A DNA stretch of 64,000 nt, taken from NCBI GenBank assembly GCA_963795085.1, contig CAWCFX010000001.1, positions 288,001-352,000 of the forward strand, written 5' to 3'. A model generated the notes under the pieces. That model had not been told where the DNA came from. It saw nothing but the letters and a program-made list of their open reading frames with translations, and made no database searches. Within the stretch, counting starts at the first letter, position 1. Each line of letters starts with the position of its first letter. Positions 10,434 to 20,013 of the stretch are shown one piece after another. Both the position numbers and the translations under genes were made by a program. The DNA is from an uncultured Gemmatimonadales bacterium (GTDB lineage: Bacteria; Gemmatimonadota; Gemmatimonadetes; Gemmatimonadales; GWC2-71-9).

Positions 10434-10906
10434 CTATCGCCAAGTCAGTGAATGATATCCGTCCGACCTCTGACGAATCCCGGGCCGCATGGTTTCAGGT
10501 CCGGACCGCGAAATGTAGCAGGGTTGGACGCCGGCCACTGAGATCAATCGCGATGCGGCGGACCCGTCACGATGACATGAACAGTGGATTGCGGAGCGAA
10601 GCGGTGCGCCGAGGTCGTGGAGGCAGGAATGACTCGGAATGCGTCCGTCGCGGGAGGAGTGCAGCCATGGTCAGGTACCTGGCGAACGCCACCATTGCCC
10701 AAGTCCACCACCGGGGCGTGCGGCACGAGGCCACGGCATTACGTCGATGACATGTACCACGGACCCGGCTCTTACCGAAGGATCATATGGTAAGCAGTTG
10801 TCAGGCATGGCGTTAGCTGCGCATGCCGACCACTTTTCAACGTGGCCGTCCGCCTGCCGTCCGCCTTGCGAAAAATTTCACAAGCCGGTAAATTGGCCCC
10901 CAGTTT

Positions 10907-11146
10907 ATGAGGCAGAAAGACAACTCCGGCCGGGCCCTCGGAGAGGGTTACAAGTATGTCTCGCTCGGCATGACGTTCGCCGGCGGGATCATCCTGTTCA
11001 TGGCCATCGGGTTCCTGCTGGACCGCTGGCTCCACCTGATGCCCCTGTTTACCGTGGCGGGGACCCTGTTCGGGGCCGTGATGAGCTTCATCAGCGTGTA
11101 CCGGAAGCTGCAGGCCGACGAGCGGCGGAACAAGGCGGAACGGTGA
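10907..11146 (+). CDS. AtpZ/AtpI family protein
   Basis: Small 2-TM protein (GFLLDRWL..PLF...G.LFG) at the head of the atp operon. Confidence 0.8.
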   Translation: MRQKDNSGRALGEGYKYVSLGMTFAGGIILFMAIGFLLDRWLHLMPLFTVAGTLFGAVMSFISVYRKLQADERRNKAER

Positions 11147-11487
11147 AGCTGGGCATCGGGCTGGGGCTGCTGCTGACGGCGATGGTCGGCGCGATTCTCT
11201 ACGCCGGGTGGGGCAGGGAGGCGATGGTTGCCGGGGTGATCTTCGGACTGATCGCCACCACCATCCAGGCCGTTTCGGTGGCCATGGTCCGGCCCGCCTT
11301 CCGGGCCGCGTCCAGCATTTTCCTGGGTCGATGGGCCGCCGGGATGTTTCTCCGGATCGTCGGGGTGGCGCTGGTGGGGATCTGCGCCTATCTCAACCCG
11401 GTGTTCTTTCCGCCGCTGCCCACGGCGATCGGTTTTCTCGGGGTTCTCGTACCGCTGCTGTTTCTGGAGGTTCGACTGATTCGATGA
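11143..11487 (+). CDS. ATP synthase protein I-like membrane protein
   Basis: GTG overlapping the upstream TGA; about 4 TM; position before atpB. Confidence 0.7.
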   Translation: MKLGIGLGLLLTAMVGAILYAGWGREAMVAGVIFGLIATTIQAVSVAMVRPAFRAASSIFLGRWAAGMFLRIVGVALVGICAYLNPVFFPPLPTAIGFLGVLVPLLFLEVRLIR

Positions 11488-12341
11488 TGCAGGCGCTCCC
11501 GAATATCGGCGAGGTGGTACTCCACCACACGGCGGATGCGTGGACTATCGACTTCTTTCCCTTCGGCGCGATTCACCTGCCCCGGTGGGAGGACATTCAC
11601 ATCGGGTCCATGGCGATCAACCTGTCGCCTACCAAGCATGTGTATTTCCTGGTGCTGGCGGCGGTGCTGGTCTTCCTGACCATGTGGATCGCCGGCCGCC
11701 AGCTCGCGAAGCAGCAGGCCGGGAAGCAAGCCCCCCGCGGCTTCGCCGGGGCGGTGGAGGCCATGGTCCTCTTCGTCCGGGACGAGGTGGCCATCGCCAA
11801 CGTGGGGCACGAGGGCGCCCACTTCGCGCCCTATATCATGACCCTGTTCTTCTTCATTCTTTACAGCAACATACTGGGGCTGGTGCCCTGGGGCGCCTCG
11901 CCGACCGGCAACCTGGCGGTAACGGGGGCTCTGGCGATCACCGTGTTCCTGACGGTGGAGGTCGCCGGGTTCATGAAGCTGGGCCCCAGGGGATACCTGC
12001 GCACCATCTTCCCGCACGTCGAGGGGATTGACGGCATTGGCGGGGTGGTCATGTCGGTTGCCATGGCGCCCATCGAGATCCTGGGTAAGCTGGTCAAGCC
12101 CTTCGCCCTGGCCGTGCGGTTGTTCGGCAACATGACCGCCGGCCACTTCGTGATCCTCTCGCTGTTCGGGATCATCTTTCTGTTCGGCCACCTGAGCGGC
12201 TGGAACTGGGCTATCGGATTTCTCACCGCCCTGCTGGTCATGGCCATCATGTTGCTGGAGCTGTTCGTGGCTTTCCTGCAGGCCTACGTGTTCGCCCTGC
12301 TGAGCGCGGTCTTCATCGGGTTGATGCAGCACGAACATTGA
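11484..12341 (+). CDS. atpB: ATP synthase F0 subunit a
   Basis: KPFALAVRLFGNMTAGH, ELFVAFLQAYVF; SD GGAGG. Confidence 0.95.
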   Translation: MMQALPNIGEVVLHHTADAWTIDFFPFGAIHLPRWEDIHIGSMAINLSPTKHVYFLVLAAVLVFLTMWIAGRQLAKQQAGKQAPRGFAGAVEAMVLFVRDEVAIANVGHEGAHFAPYIMTLFFFILYSNILGLVPWGASPTGNLAVTGALAITVFLTVEVAGFMKLGPRGYLRTIFPHVEGIDGIGGVVMSVAMAPIEILGKLVKPFALAVRLFGNMTAGHFVILSLFGIIFLFGHLSGWNWAIGFLTALLVMAIMLLELFVAFLQAYVFALLSAVFIGLMQHEH

Positions 12342-12400
12342 CAGTGGGACAGTGGGACAGTGGGACAGTGGGACAGTGGGACAGTGGGACAGTGGGACAG
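12341..12400 (+). repeat. Tandem octamer array (ACAGTGGG) x ~7.5
   Basis: Perfect 8-bp period starting at the atpB stop codon. Confidence 0.95.
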
Positions 12401-12584
12401 AGGGGGTTCCGGACGATATGCGCACCAGTCGTCCGGGTGGTACTCCGCCGAATGGCGGACGAAGCTCGCTGGTCCTCGGGACCATTGGCGGGCCATGGAT
12501 GGGCAGGCGGGCCGGGAGACCCGTCGGGCCATCAGGGGCGCAGATAATCAATCGCAATCTCCCGACGACTCAATGGAGCACCTC

Positions 12585-12866
12585 ATGTTGAACCTGCTCG
12601 CTCTGGTCCAGGAAGTCGGCGTCGACGCGGCCGCCGTCGCCAAGAACACCAACGCGCTGCTCGGCGCCGGCATCGGTATCGGGCTGGCCATCCTGGGCGC
12701 GGGCCTGGGCCTGGGCCGGATCGGTGGCCAGGTGGCCGAGGGGATCGCCCGGCAGCCGGAAGCGGCCGCCGAGATCCGCGGCGCCGGCCTGCTGATCGCC
12801 GTGCTGCTGGAAGGCGCCACGATCATCGCGCTCGTGTTCGCCCTGCTGTTCAAGCTCATCGCCTAA
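12585..12866 (+). CDS. atpE: ATP synthase F0 subunit c
   Basis: GxGxG helix, IARQPE loop, conserved Glu in LLEG; SD GGAG. Confidence 0.95.
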   Translation: MLNLLALVQEVGVDAAAVAKNTNALLGAGIGIGLAILGAGLGLGRIGGQVAEGIARQPEAAAEIRGAGLLIAVLLEGATIIALVFALLFKLIA

Positions 12867-12878
12867 GAGGCAGTCACG

Positions 12879-13430
12879 ATGCGGATACTTCTCGCCCTGC
12901 TGGAGGAAGCCCAGGGCCACGCGGCCGGTGCTCCGGCATCGCCGTTCGAGGTGAATTTCGGCCTGTTCTTCTGGACCTGGCTCGTATTCATCCTCCTGAT
13001 GCTGCTGCTCAAGAAGTTCGCCTGGCCGGCGCTGCTCAAGTCCACGGTGGAACGGGAACAGCGGATCCAGGAACAGCTCGCGCAGGCCGAGAAGGCCAAC
13101 ACGGAAGCCCACGCCCTCCTCGAGCAGCAGAAATCGCTGTTTGCGGAGAGCCGGGCCTCGGCCCAGGCCATGCTGGCCGAAGCCAAGTCGGCCGCGGAGA
13201 AGGAACGGGCCGCGGCGATGGAGCGGACCCGGCAGGAACAGTCGGACCTGATGGACCGCGCCCGCCGGGACATCGGCGCCGAGAAGGAACGCGCCATCCA
13301 GGAGCTCAAGCGGGAGGCGGTGGACCTGTCGCTGGCCGCCGCGTCCCGTCTCATCGGGCAGCGGATGACCGGGGACACCGACCGCAGGCTGGTCGAGGAG
13401 TACCTGGGCTCGCTGGAGATCGCCAAGTGA
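12879..13430 (+). CDS. atpF: ATP synthase F0 subunit b
   Basis: FFWTWLVF..LLKKFAWP TM followed by a coiled coil. Confidence 0.93.
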   Translation: MRILLALLEEAQGHAAGAPASPFEVNFGLFFWTWLVFILLMLLLKKFAWPALLKSTVEREQRIQEQLAQAEKANTEAHALLEQQKSLFAESRASAQAMLAEAKSAAEKERAAAMERTRQEQSDLMDRARRDIGAEKERAIQELKREAVDLSLAAASRLIGQRMTGDTDRRLVEEYLGSLEIAK

Positions 13431-13963
13431 GGCCCTCCACCATCGCGCGGAACTACGCCGAGGCGCTCTACGCGCTGGGGGAGAAGTCGGGCCAGACCGA
13501 ACTGTACGCCGACCTGATGGACGCGGTGGCAGCGGCGATCGAAATGGAGCCAAAGGTATATGCGACGCTCATGTCGCCCCGGGTGCCCAAGCCGGTCAAG
13601 TCGCGGATCCTCGAGGCGGCGCTTCCCGAGGCGCCCCGCGAGTTTGTCCTGTTCCTGCAGGCGGTCGTGAAGCGAGGCCGGCAGGCGCTGTTCCGGCTGA
13701 TCGCGACCGAGTTCATGGGCCTGTTCGATGTGAAGATGAACCGGGTCCGGGCCGGGGTGACGCTGGCGCAGGAGCCGAACGAGGCCATGCGCCAGAGCAT
13801 CGCGGAAGGCCTGCGCCAGGCGCTCAAGAAGGAGGTGATCCCCACCTACCGGGTGGATCCCGAGATCCTGGGCGGGGTGGTGGTCCGGGTCGGAGACCGG
13901 GTCTTCGACGGATCGGTTCGGCGCCGGGCCACCAAGCTCAGGCGGCACCTGCTGACCCGATAG
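13427..13963 (+). CDS. atpH: ATP synthase F1 subunit delta
   Basis: IARNYAEAL, VDPEILGGVVVRVGDRVFDGSV. Confidence 0.95.
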   Translation: MRPSTIARNYAEALYALGEKSGQTELYADLMDAVAAAIEMEPKVYATLMSPRVPKPVKSRILEAALPEAPREFVLFLQAVVKRGRQALFRLIATEFMGLFDVKMNRVRAGVTLAQEPNEAMRQSIAEGLRQALKKEVIPTYRVDPEILGGVVVRVGDRVFDGSVRRRATKLRRHLLTR

Positions 13964-13980
13964 GGGAGGACCGCAGGGTG

Positions 13981-14010
13981 AGCCCGCTCGTTTGAGCGGG
14001 CTTTTTTCTT
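13981..14010 (+). terminator. Intrinsic terminator after atpH
   Basis: AGCCCGCTC-GTTT-GAGCGGGCT plus T-run. Confidence 0.85.
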
Positions 14011-14060
14011 ACCCCGCCGCCCTCGCCGCTGACCCGCTTCCCGGCTAGCTTTCGGAGGGT

Positions 14061-14636
14061 ATGCTGACACCCAGGGATGGCACCCGGCGCGACCTTTTCC
14101 GTCATGCCGCGGGCGACTGGTTCGACCGGCTGCTGGAATCGGCCGAGGAGCGGGTCGTCACCAGGCAGTACTACCGGCCCCCCGGCGCGTTGCCGGAGGT
14201 AGGCTTCCTGGCCGCCTGCACCCGCTGTGGCGATTGCATCACTGTCTGTCCGGTCCGGGCCATCATGAAAGTCCCGGCGGACGGCGGTTTCGCCGCGGGG
14301 ACGCCGTACGTCGATCCCGGATATCAGCCCTGCGTGGTGTGTACCGACATGCCCTGCGCCCGGGCCTGCCCGACCGAGGCGCTGACGGTGCCCGCGGATA
14401 TCTGGGGAAGTATCCGGATGGGTGCGCTGGAACTGCTGACCGAACGCTGCGTGACGTTCCAGGGTACCGAGTGCGGGGTCTGCGCCCGGGCCTGCCCCGT
14501 CGGAAGCGCCGCGCTCGTCATGGATGAGCAGGGCCATCCGGTGCTGCGCGCCGAAGGCTGCGTGGGCTGCGGTGTCTGCGTGCGGGCCTGCGTCACCCAT
14601 CCCTCATCTCTCAAACTGACCTTCCTGGAGCGATAA
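14061..14636 (+). CDS. NapG/MauM-like multi-[4Fe-4S] ferredoxin
   Basis: RPPGA..E..F..ACTRCGDC..VCP and three more Cys clusters. Confidence 0.85.
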   Translation: MLTPRDGTRRDLFRHAAGDWFDRLLESAEERVVTRQYYRPPGALPEVGFLAACTRCGDCITVCPVRAIMKVPADGGFAAGTPYVDPGYQPCVVCTDMPCARACPTEALTVPADIWGSIRMGALELLTERCVTFQGTECGVCARACPVGSAALVMDEQGHPVLRAEGCVGCGVCVRACVTHPSSLKLTFLER

Positions 14637-14986
14637 TGCCGGACGTGCCATATCGGGTGGACAAGCCGTGGGGCTACGAGTTGATCTGGGCCCGCACCGA
14701 CCGCTACGTCGGCAAGGTCCTGCACGTGACCGCCGGCAACGTGCTCAGTCTTCAGTATCACAACTTCAAGGACGAAACCATGCATGTCCTGTCCGGAGAA
14801 CTGATTCTCCGGACCCGACCCGACGGAGAACTGCTGGAGCGCCGGTTCACGGCCGGCGAGTCCGTCCACATCCCTCCGAAGCTGGTGCACCAGATCGAGG
14901 CGGTGGTGGATAGCGACGTGCTGGAAGCCTCAACGCCCGAACTCGACGACCTGGTCCGTCTCACCGACCGCTACGGAAGGAGCTAG
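14636..14986 (+). CDS. Cupin domain protein (mannose-6-phosphate isomerase-like)
   Basis: VDKPWGYE, LSLQYHNFKDET, EASTPELDD. Confidence 0.85.
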   Translation: MPDVPYRVDKPWGYELIWARTDRYVGKVLHVTAGNVLSLQYHNFKDETMHVLSGELILRTRPDGELLERRFTAGESVHIPPKLVHQIEAVVDSDVLEASTPELDDLVRLTDRYGRS

Positions 14987-14991
14987 TCTCA

Positions 14992-15972
14992 ATGCAAGTG
15001 ATCATCCCGCTGGCGGGGAAGGGCACCCGTTTGCGCCCGCATACCCACCTGGTCCCCAAGCCGATGCTCAAGGTGGGCGGCCGGCCGGTCATGGACTGGG
15101 TGATGGACCGGATGGCCGCTCTCGATGTGTCTGAGCTGATTTTCATTACCGGGCATCTCAAGGAGCAGGTGGAGGCCTATTCCAAGAGCCGGTACGGCAT
15201 CCCCGCCCGGTATATCGAGCAGACGGTGCAGGACGGCACCGCGGGCGCGGTCAACCTGGCGCGCCCGTACGTCACGGAGCCGGTGCTCATCATCTTCGTG
15301 GATACGGTCTTCGAAGCCGACCTCACCCTGATCAACCGGACCGACGCCGACGGAATCATCTGGGCCAAGGAGGTCGAGGACTACCAGCGGTTCGGCGTGG
15401 TGGTGACCGACCAGGACGGCTACATGACAAAGATCGTCGAGAAGCCCTCCACCCCGATTTCCAAGCTGGCCAATATCGGGCTGTACTACATCCGCGACGT
15501 GGAGACCCTCTGGAAGGGCATCGACCACACGCTCGCCTCGCCCGCCAACAAGGGCGAGTTTTTCCTCACCGACGCCTTCCAGTACATGATCGAGCAGGGC
15601 CGGAAGATCCTCACCGCCGAGGTGGCCGGCTGGTACGATTGCGGCAAGCTCAACACCCTGCTCGAAACCAACGAGATCCTGCTCAACCAGGGGGCGGCCC
15701 GGCGGCGGGACTTCCCCGGGGTCACTATCCACGACCCGGTGTACATCGAGGACGGGGTGACCGTCGAACGGAGTGAGATCGGGCCCAACGTGACGCTCGA
15801 GGCGGGTACCACGGTGAGGGACAGCCGGCTGGCGCATACCGTGGTGGGGTCCGGGGGGCTGATCGAGTACTCTACCCTGCGCGATTCGATGCTCGGCGAC
15901 CGGGTGACCGTCAAGGGGTTCACCGGCAGCACGACGCTGGGGGCGGACAGCGAAGTGGTGGGCGGCGCCTGA
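14992..15972 (+). CDS. Sugar-phosphate nucleotidyltransferase
   Basis: PLAGKGTRLRPHT..PKPML; C-terminal hexapeptide repeats. Confidence 0.9.
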   Translation: MQVIIPLAGKGTRLRPHTHLVPKPMLKVGGRPVMDWVMDRMAALDVSELIFITGHLKEQVEAYSKSRYGIPARYIEQTVQDGTAGAVNLARPYVTEPVLIIFVDTVFEADLTLINRTDADGIIWAKEVEDYQRFGVVVTDQDGYMTKIVEKPSTPISKLANIGLYYIRDVETLWKGIDHTLASPANKGEFFLTDAFQYMIEQGRKILTAEVAGWYDCGKLNTLLETNEILLNQGAARRRDFPGVTIHDPVYIEDGVTVERSEIGPNVTLEAGTTVRDSRLAHTVVGSGGLIEYSTLRDSMLGDRVTVKGFTGSTTLGADSEVVGGA

Positions 15973-16028
15973 CGGGGCTCCTGCCCCGGTGCCTTGACGA
16001 CCGCTGAACCCCGAGGTCACTTACGGCC

Positions 16029-17288
16029 ATGGACCATGACGACCTGATCTACGACTGGAACCGGCAGCGGGAGGAGTTCGACTACGCCCGGTGCCGGGTC
16101 GAGTTGAACGACGAGACCCTGCGGGACGGGCTCCAGTCCCCCTCGGTGATCGACCCGCCGATGCCGGCCAAGGTCGAGCTGCTCCACCTGATGGCCGACC
16201 TGGGCATTCACTCGGCGGACATCGGGCTTCCCGGTGCCGGCGCCCGCGCGGTGGAGCAGGTGCGGACGCTGGCGCGGGAGATCGTCCAGTCGCGGCTGGC
16301 CATCGAACCCAACTGCGCCGCCCGCACCGTGATCAAGGACGTGGAGCCGATCGCCCGGATCAGCCAGGAAACCGGCATCGCGATCGAGGCGGCGACCTTC
16401 ATCGGCTCGTCCGCCATCCGGCAATACGCCGAGGACTGGACCCTCGACAGCATGTTGCGGGTGAGCGAGGAAGCGGTCACCTTCGCGGTGAAGCAGGGGC
16501 TGCCGGTGATGTACGTGACCGAAGACACCACCCGCGCCCGCCCCGAAACCCTCAAGGCACTCTATGGCAACGCCATCCGCTGGGGAGCCCGGCGGATCTG
16601 TCTGGCCGACACCGTGGGCCATGCGACGCCGCCGGGCGTGCGCGCACTGGTTCGATTCATCAAGGAAGAGATTGTCCGTCCCTCGGGCGAGGCGGTCAAG
16701 ATCGACTGGCACGGTCACCGGGACCGGGGCCTCGGCATCGCCAACTGCCTGGCGGCGATCGAGGCCGGGGTGGACCGGGTCCACGGGACCGCGGTCGGCA
16801 TCGGCGAACGGGTGGGCAATGCCGAAATGGACCTGCTGCTGGTGAACCTCAAGTTGCTGGGCGCCCACCAGCATGACCTGTCGAAACTGGCCCGGTACTG
16901 CCGGGTCGCCTGCGAATCTACCGGGATGCCGCTGCCCATCAACTATCCGGTCGTGGGCGGGGACGCCTTCCGCACCGGTACTGGTGTGCACGCGTCGGCC
17001 ATCATCAAGGCCAAGCAGAAGGGCGACCTCTGGCTGGCCGACCGGATCTACAGCAGCGTCCCCGCGACCGAGTTCGGCCTCCGCCAGGTGATCGAGATCT
17101 CGCCGCTCTCGGGCCTCTCCAACGTAAAGTACTGGCTGGCCGAGCATGGGTATGACCCTGAGGATGGCGTCGTGTGCCAGGCGCTCTTCCAGGCGGCCAA
17201 GACCGCGGACCGGGTGCTGGGCGAAGACGAATGCCACGGCCTCGTCGCCTCCGTGCGCATCCGCGGCGGCGCCGATGTCCGAAGCTGA
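16029..17288 (+). CDS. LeuA/DRE-TIM family synthase (2-isopropylmalate synthase-like, no regulatory domain)
   Basis: DETLRDGLQ, LADTVG, HGHRDRGLG, GIGERVGN, GVHASA. Confidence 0.85.
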   Translation: MDHDDLIYDWNRQREEFDYARCRVELNDETLRDGLQSPSVIDPPMPAKVELLHLMADLGIHSADIGLPGAGARAVEQVRTLAREIVQSRLAIEPNCAARTVIKDVEPIARISQETGIAIEAATFIGSSAIRQYAEDWTLDSMLRVSEEAVTFAVKQGLPVMYVTEDTTRARPETLKALYGNAIRWGARRICLADTVGHATPPGVRALVRFIKEEIVRPSGEAVKIDWHGHRDRGLGIANCLAAIEAGVDRVHGTAVGIGERVGNAEMDLLLVNLKLLGAHQHDLSKLARYCRVACESTGMPLPINYPVVGGDAFRTGTGVHASAIIKAKQKGDLWLADRIYSSVPATEFGLRQVIEISPLSGLSNVKYWLAEHGYDPEDGVVCQALFQAAKTADRVLGEDECHGLVASVRIRGGADVRS

Positions 17289-18873
17289 GCGCATTTATCA
17301 GTCTTACTTCGACCTGCGGTGGCACTTCGACCCCGCGGCGGCGACTGAAGCGGGGGTGGTGGCCCAGAACTCCCGGCTGGGCGAGTACGACACCGAGTCG
17401 ATGCGAGCCCACCTGGCGGCATTCCGCTCCCTTGGGCTGGCCGTCGAAGGTATCGAGGTCGGCAACGTCCAGGACGAGATAGACCGCACCGCCCTGCTCA
17501 ATGACATCCGCAGCACGCTCTTCCAGTTCGAGCACGAGATGCCCCACGTGCGGAACCCGGTCTTCTGGTTGAATCACCTGTTCCGGGCGCTGTACTCCCT
17601 GCTGGATTCCAACGACGCCCCGCGGCCACAACTGGCTTTCCATGCGCTGGAACGGCTTCGCGGCGCGCCGGTGCTGCTCCGGGCGGCGGCCGCCACGCTG
17701 CGCGACCCCGCGCCCATCCTGCGGGACACCGCCGATTCCATGATCGATGGCGGGGAAACCCTGATCGGCACGGTGGCCCAGTTCTGCCGCGATCACGGCG
17801 ACCTCCCTTCCGCGGAGATCGATGCAGCCGCGGGCGAGGCCGAGGCGGCGCTGACCCGGTTCGGCCTGGCGCTCAAGACCGAGCTGGCGACCAGCGACGA
17901 CATCCATGGGTTCGCGATCGGCGAGGAGCAGTTCAACCGACGCCTGCATTTCGAGCATGCGCTGGGATCGTCGGCGCCCGAACTCTGGCGTTACGGCATG
18001 CGCCTCGTGGAGGCAACCGAGGCCGACCTGGTGCTCCAGGCGGAATCGATGGCGCCCGGCACCGGCTGGCGGGACCTGGTGCTGCGGCTTCGGCAGGACG
18101 CGCCGGTCCCGGCCGATACGATCGGCGCGCACCGGGACACGGTGGAACGGGCCCGGTCCTTCCTGCACGACCGGGGGCTCATCTCGGTGCCGGCCGCCCC
18201 GCTCCTGGTCGAGCCGACACCGGAGTTTTTGCGTCCCCTCATCCCGTTTGCGGCCTATTCGCCCCCCGGGCCATTTTCGGCCAGCCGGGAGGGACGCTTC
18301 TATGTCACCGACCACCCGGGGGGCAGCCGGAGGCCGTCCCACCGGTCCCGGTTCGAACTGGCCAGCCTCTGCGTGCACGAGGGGTTTCCCGGGCATCACC
18401 TGCACATGGTGACCTCGCAGGGGCTTCCCTCGCTGGTGCGGCGGGTGTTGTGGAACCCGGCCATGGTCGAGGGCTGGGCGCTTTATGCCGAGGACATGAT
18501 GGGCGAACAAGGTTACTACCAGCCGGCCGAGCGGCTGTTCCAGCAGGTCCACCTGCTCTGGCGCGCGGTCCGGGTGCTGCTCGATATCGGCCTCCACACG
18601 CGCAACATGTCCCCCGCGGCGGCCGTGGTCTACCTCCTGGAAAAAGTGCCGATGGACCCGCGGGAAGCGCTCTCCGAAGTCCGGCGGTACTGCGGCTCTC
18701 CGACGTATCCCTTGTCGTACGCCGTGGGTCGCCGCGACATCCTGGCGTTGCGGGCGGACTATCTTGCGCGCGCCGGTGCGGCCGGTTCCCTGCGGGAGTT
18801 TCACGACGAGCTGATGGCCTATGGCGGCTTTCCGGTATCGCTGGCGCGCTGGGGAATGGGATTGAGCGAGTAA
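17275..18873 (+). CDS. DUF885 family protein (metallopeptidase-like)
   Basis: HEGFPGHHL, EGWALYAE, R.LLDIGLH, EVRRY; ATG 17275 overlaps the upstream gene end. Confidence 0.88.
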   Translation: MSEAERIYQSYFDLRWHFDPAAATEAGVVAQNSRLGEYDTESMRAHLAAFRSLGLAVEGIEVGNVQDEIDRTALLNDIRSTLFQFEHEMPHVRNPVFWLNHLFRALYSLLDSNDAPRPQLAFHALERLRGAPVLLRAAAATLRDPAPILRDTADSMIDGGETLIGTVAQFCRDHGDLPSAEIDAAAGEAEAALTRFGLALKTELATSDDIHGFAIGEEQFNRRLHFEHALGSSAPELWRYGMRLVEATEADLVLQAESMAPGTGWRDLVLRLRQDAPVPADTIGAHRDTVERARSFLHDRGLISVPAAPLLVEPTPEFLRPLIPFAAYSPPGPFSASREGRFYVTDHPGGSRRPSHRSRFELASLCVHEGFPGHHLHMVTSQGLPSLVRRVLWNPAMVEGWALYAEDMMGEQGYYQPAERLFQQVHLLWRAVRVLLDIGLHTRNMSPAAAVVYLLEKVPMDPREALSEVRRYCGSPTYPLSYAVGRRDILALRADYLARAGAAGSLREFHDELMAYGGFPVSLARWGMGLSE

Positions 18874-18999
18874 AACGCCGGGAACCTGGCTCGGCCAAAG
18901 CGGCGCGGGTGCTTTCACTTTTTGCCGGGTTGCATCATATTGTGTTGTGCTGTCATCTATCTCCGGGGGCTTGCCAGGCATCGATCGTCGGCCGCGACG

Positions 19000-20010
19000 A
19001 TGAAAATTACCGTCCTCACCTATCTCGACAGCACTGACGAAGAGTCGAAAGACTACGATCCGGTCGTAAAACAGGTGGGCCGCGCCCTGCGCCGGCTCGG
19101 CCACCGGGTGTCCCTCCTCGGCGTCCACGGCGATGTCCGCCGCCTGGTCCTGGGCCTCTCCCGCCGCAAACCGGATCTCATCTTCAACATGATGGAAATG
19201 TTCGCCGACAACATGTTCGGCGATATCGCCGTTACCGGCACCCTGGACCTGCTCGGCCTGCGCTATACCGGCTGCGGGCCGGGCGACGCCTATCTCACGC
19301 AGGACAAGGCGCTGACCAAGAAGATCCTGGCGTTTCACGACATCAAGTATCCCCAGTTCGCGGTCTTCTCGAAGGCGTCGGACATCGAGATGGTGGGCAA
19401 CCTCCGGATGCCGCTGTTCATCAAGCCGCTCCGGGCGGATGCCTCCATCGGCATCGATTCCAAGTCGCTGGTGACCGACATGAAGGCGCTGATGCGCCGG
19501 GTCGCCGTCATCCACGACGAACTGAACGATTCGGCGCTGGCCGAGGAGTATATCGACGGGCGGGAGTTCTATGTCGGGGTGATCGGGAACCAGGAGCCCC
19601 AGGCCCTGCCGCCGGTCGAACTCGATTTCTCCGGCCTGCCGGAGGGCGCCCCCAAGGTGCTCGACAACAAGGCCAAGTGGGACCCTGAGAGCACGGAGTA
19701 CCGGGGTACCCAGTCCGTCGTCGCGAGCCTGCCCGACGAACTCCGGGCCCGGCTGCAGAAGGTCTCGGTGGAGGCCTACCGGGCGCTCCGGGTGCGGGAC
19801 TACGGGCGAGTGGACCTGCGGCTCACCGATACCGGCGAGATCTACGTGCTGGAGGTGAACGCGGGCTGTTACCTGGCCCGGGACAGCGAGTTCGCGATGG
19901 CGGCGGAGGCCGCCGGGATCGAATACACCACGCTCATCAAGCGCATCGTGGACCTCGCCTGCGAGCGTTACAAGCACTCCGGCAACGCCATCCAGCCGGC
20001 CGAAAAGTAG
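19000..20010 (+). CDS. D-Ala-D-Ala ligase-like ATP-grasp protein
   Basis: QDKALTK, KP...DASIGI, EEYIDGREF.VGVIGN, YGRVDLRL, LEVN. Confidence 0.85.
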   Translation: MKITVLTYLDSTDEESKDYDPVVKQVGRALRRLGHRVSLLGVHGDVRRLVLGLSRRKPDLIFNMMEMFADNMFGDIAVTGTLDLLGLRYTGCGPGDAYLTQDKALTKKILAFHDIKYPQFAVFSKASDIEMVGNLRMPLFIKPLRADASIGIDSKSLVTDMKALMRRVAVIHDELNDSALAEEYIDGREFYVGVIGNQEPQALPPVELDFSGLPEGAPKVLDNKAKWDPESTEYRGTQSVVASLPDELRARLQKVSVEAYRALRVRDYGRVDLRLTDTGEIYVLEVNAGCYLARDSEFAMAAEAAGIEYTTLIKRIVDLACERYKHSGNAIQPAEK

Positions 20011-20013
20011 GCG

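Noticed and set aside
10440..10900. Small ORFs in the moxR-atp divergent region (e.g. 10544-10726 minus)
   Set aside because: No convincing start context or motif; left unannotated, though a small gene cannot be excluded.
12284..12591. ORFs with WDSGTVGQ/LSHCPTVP repeats (and WVSGSVGQ at 22.5, 32.4 and 47.3 kb)
   Set aside because: These are translations of the intergenic octamer arrays, not real repeat proteins.
17005..19977. 990-aa minus-strand ORF and similar long antisense ORFs (e.g. 3699-5285, 48885-50570, 61758-63437)
   Set aside because: Typical high-GC shadow frames opposite well-supported genes; no recognisable motifs.
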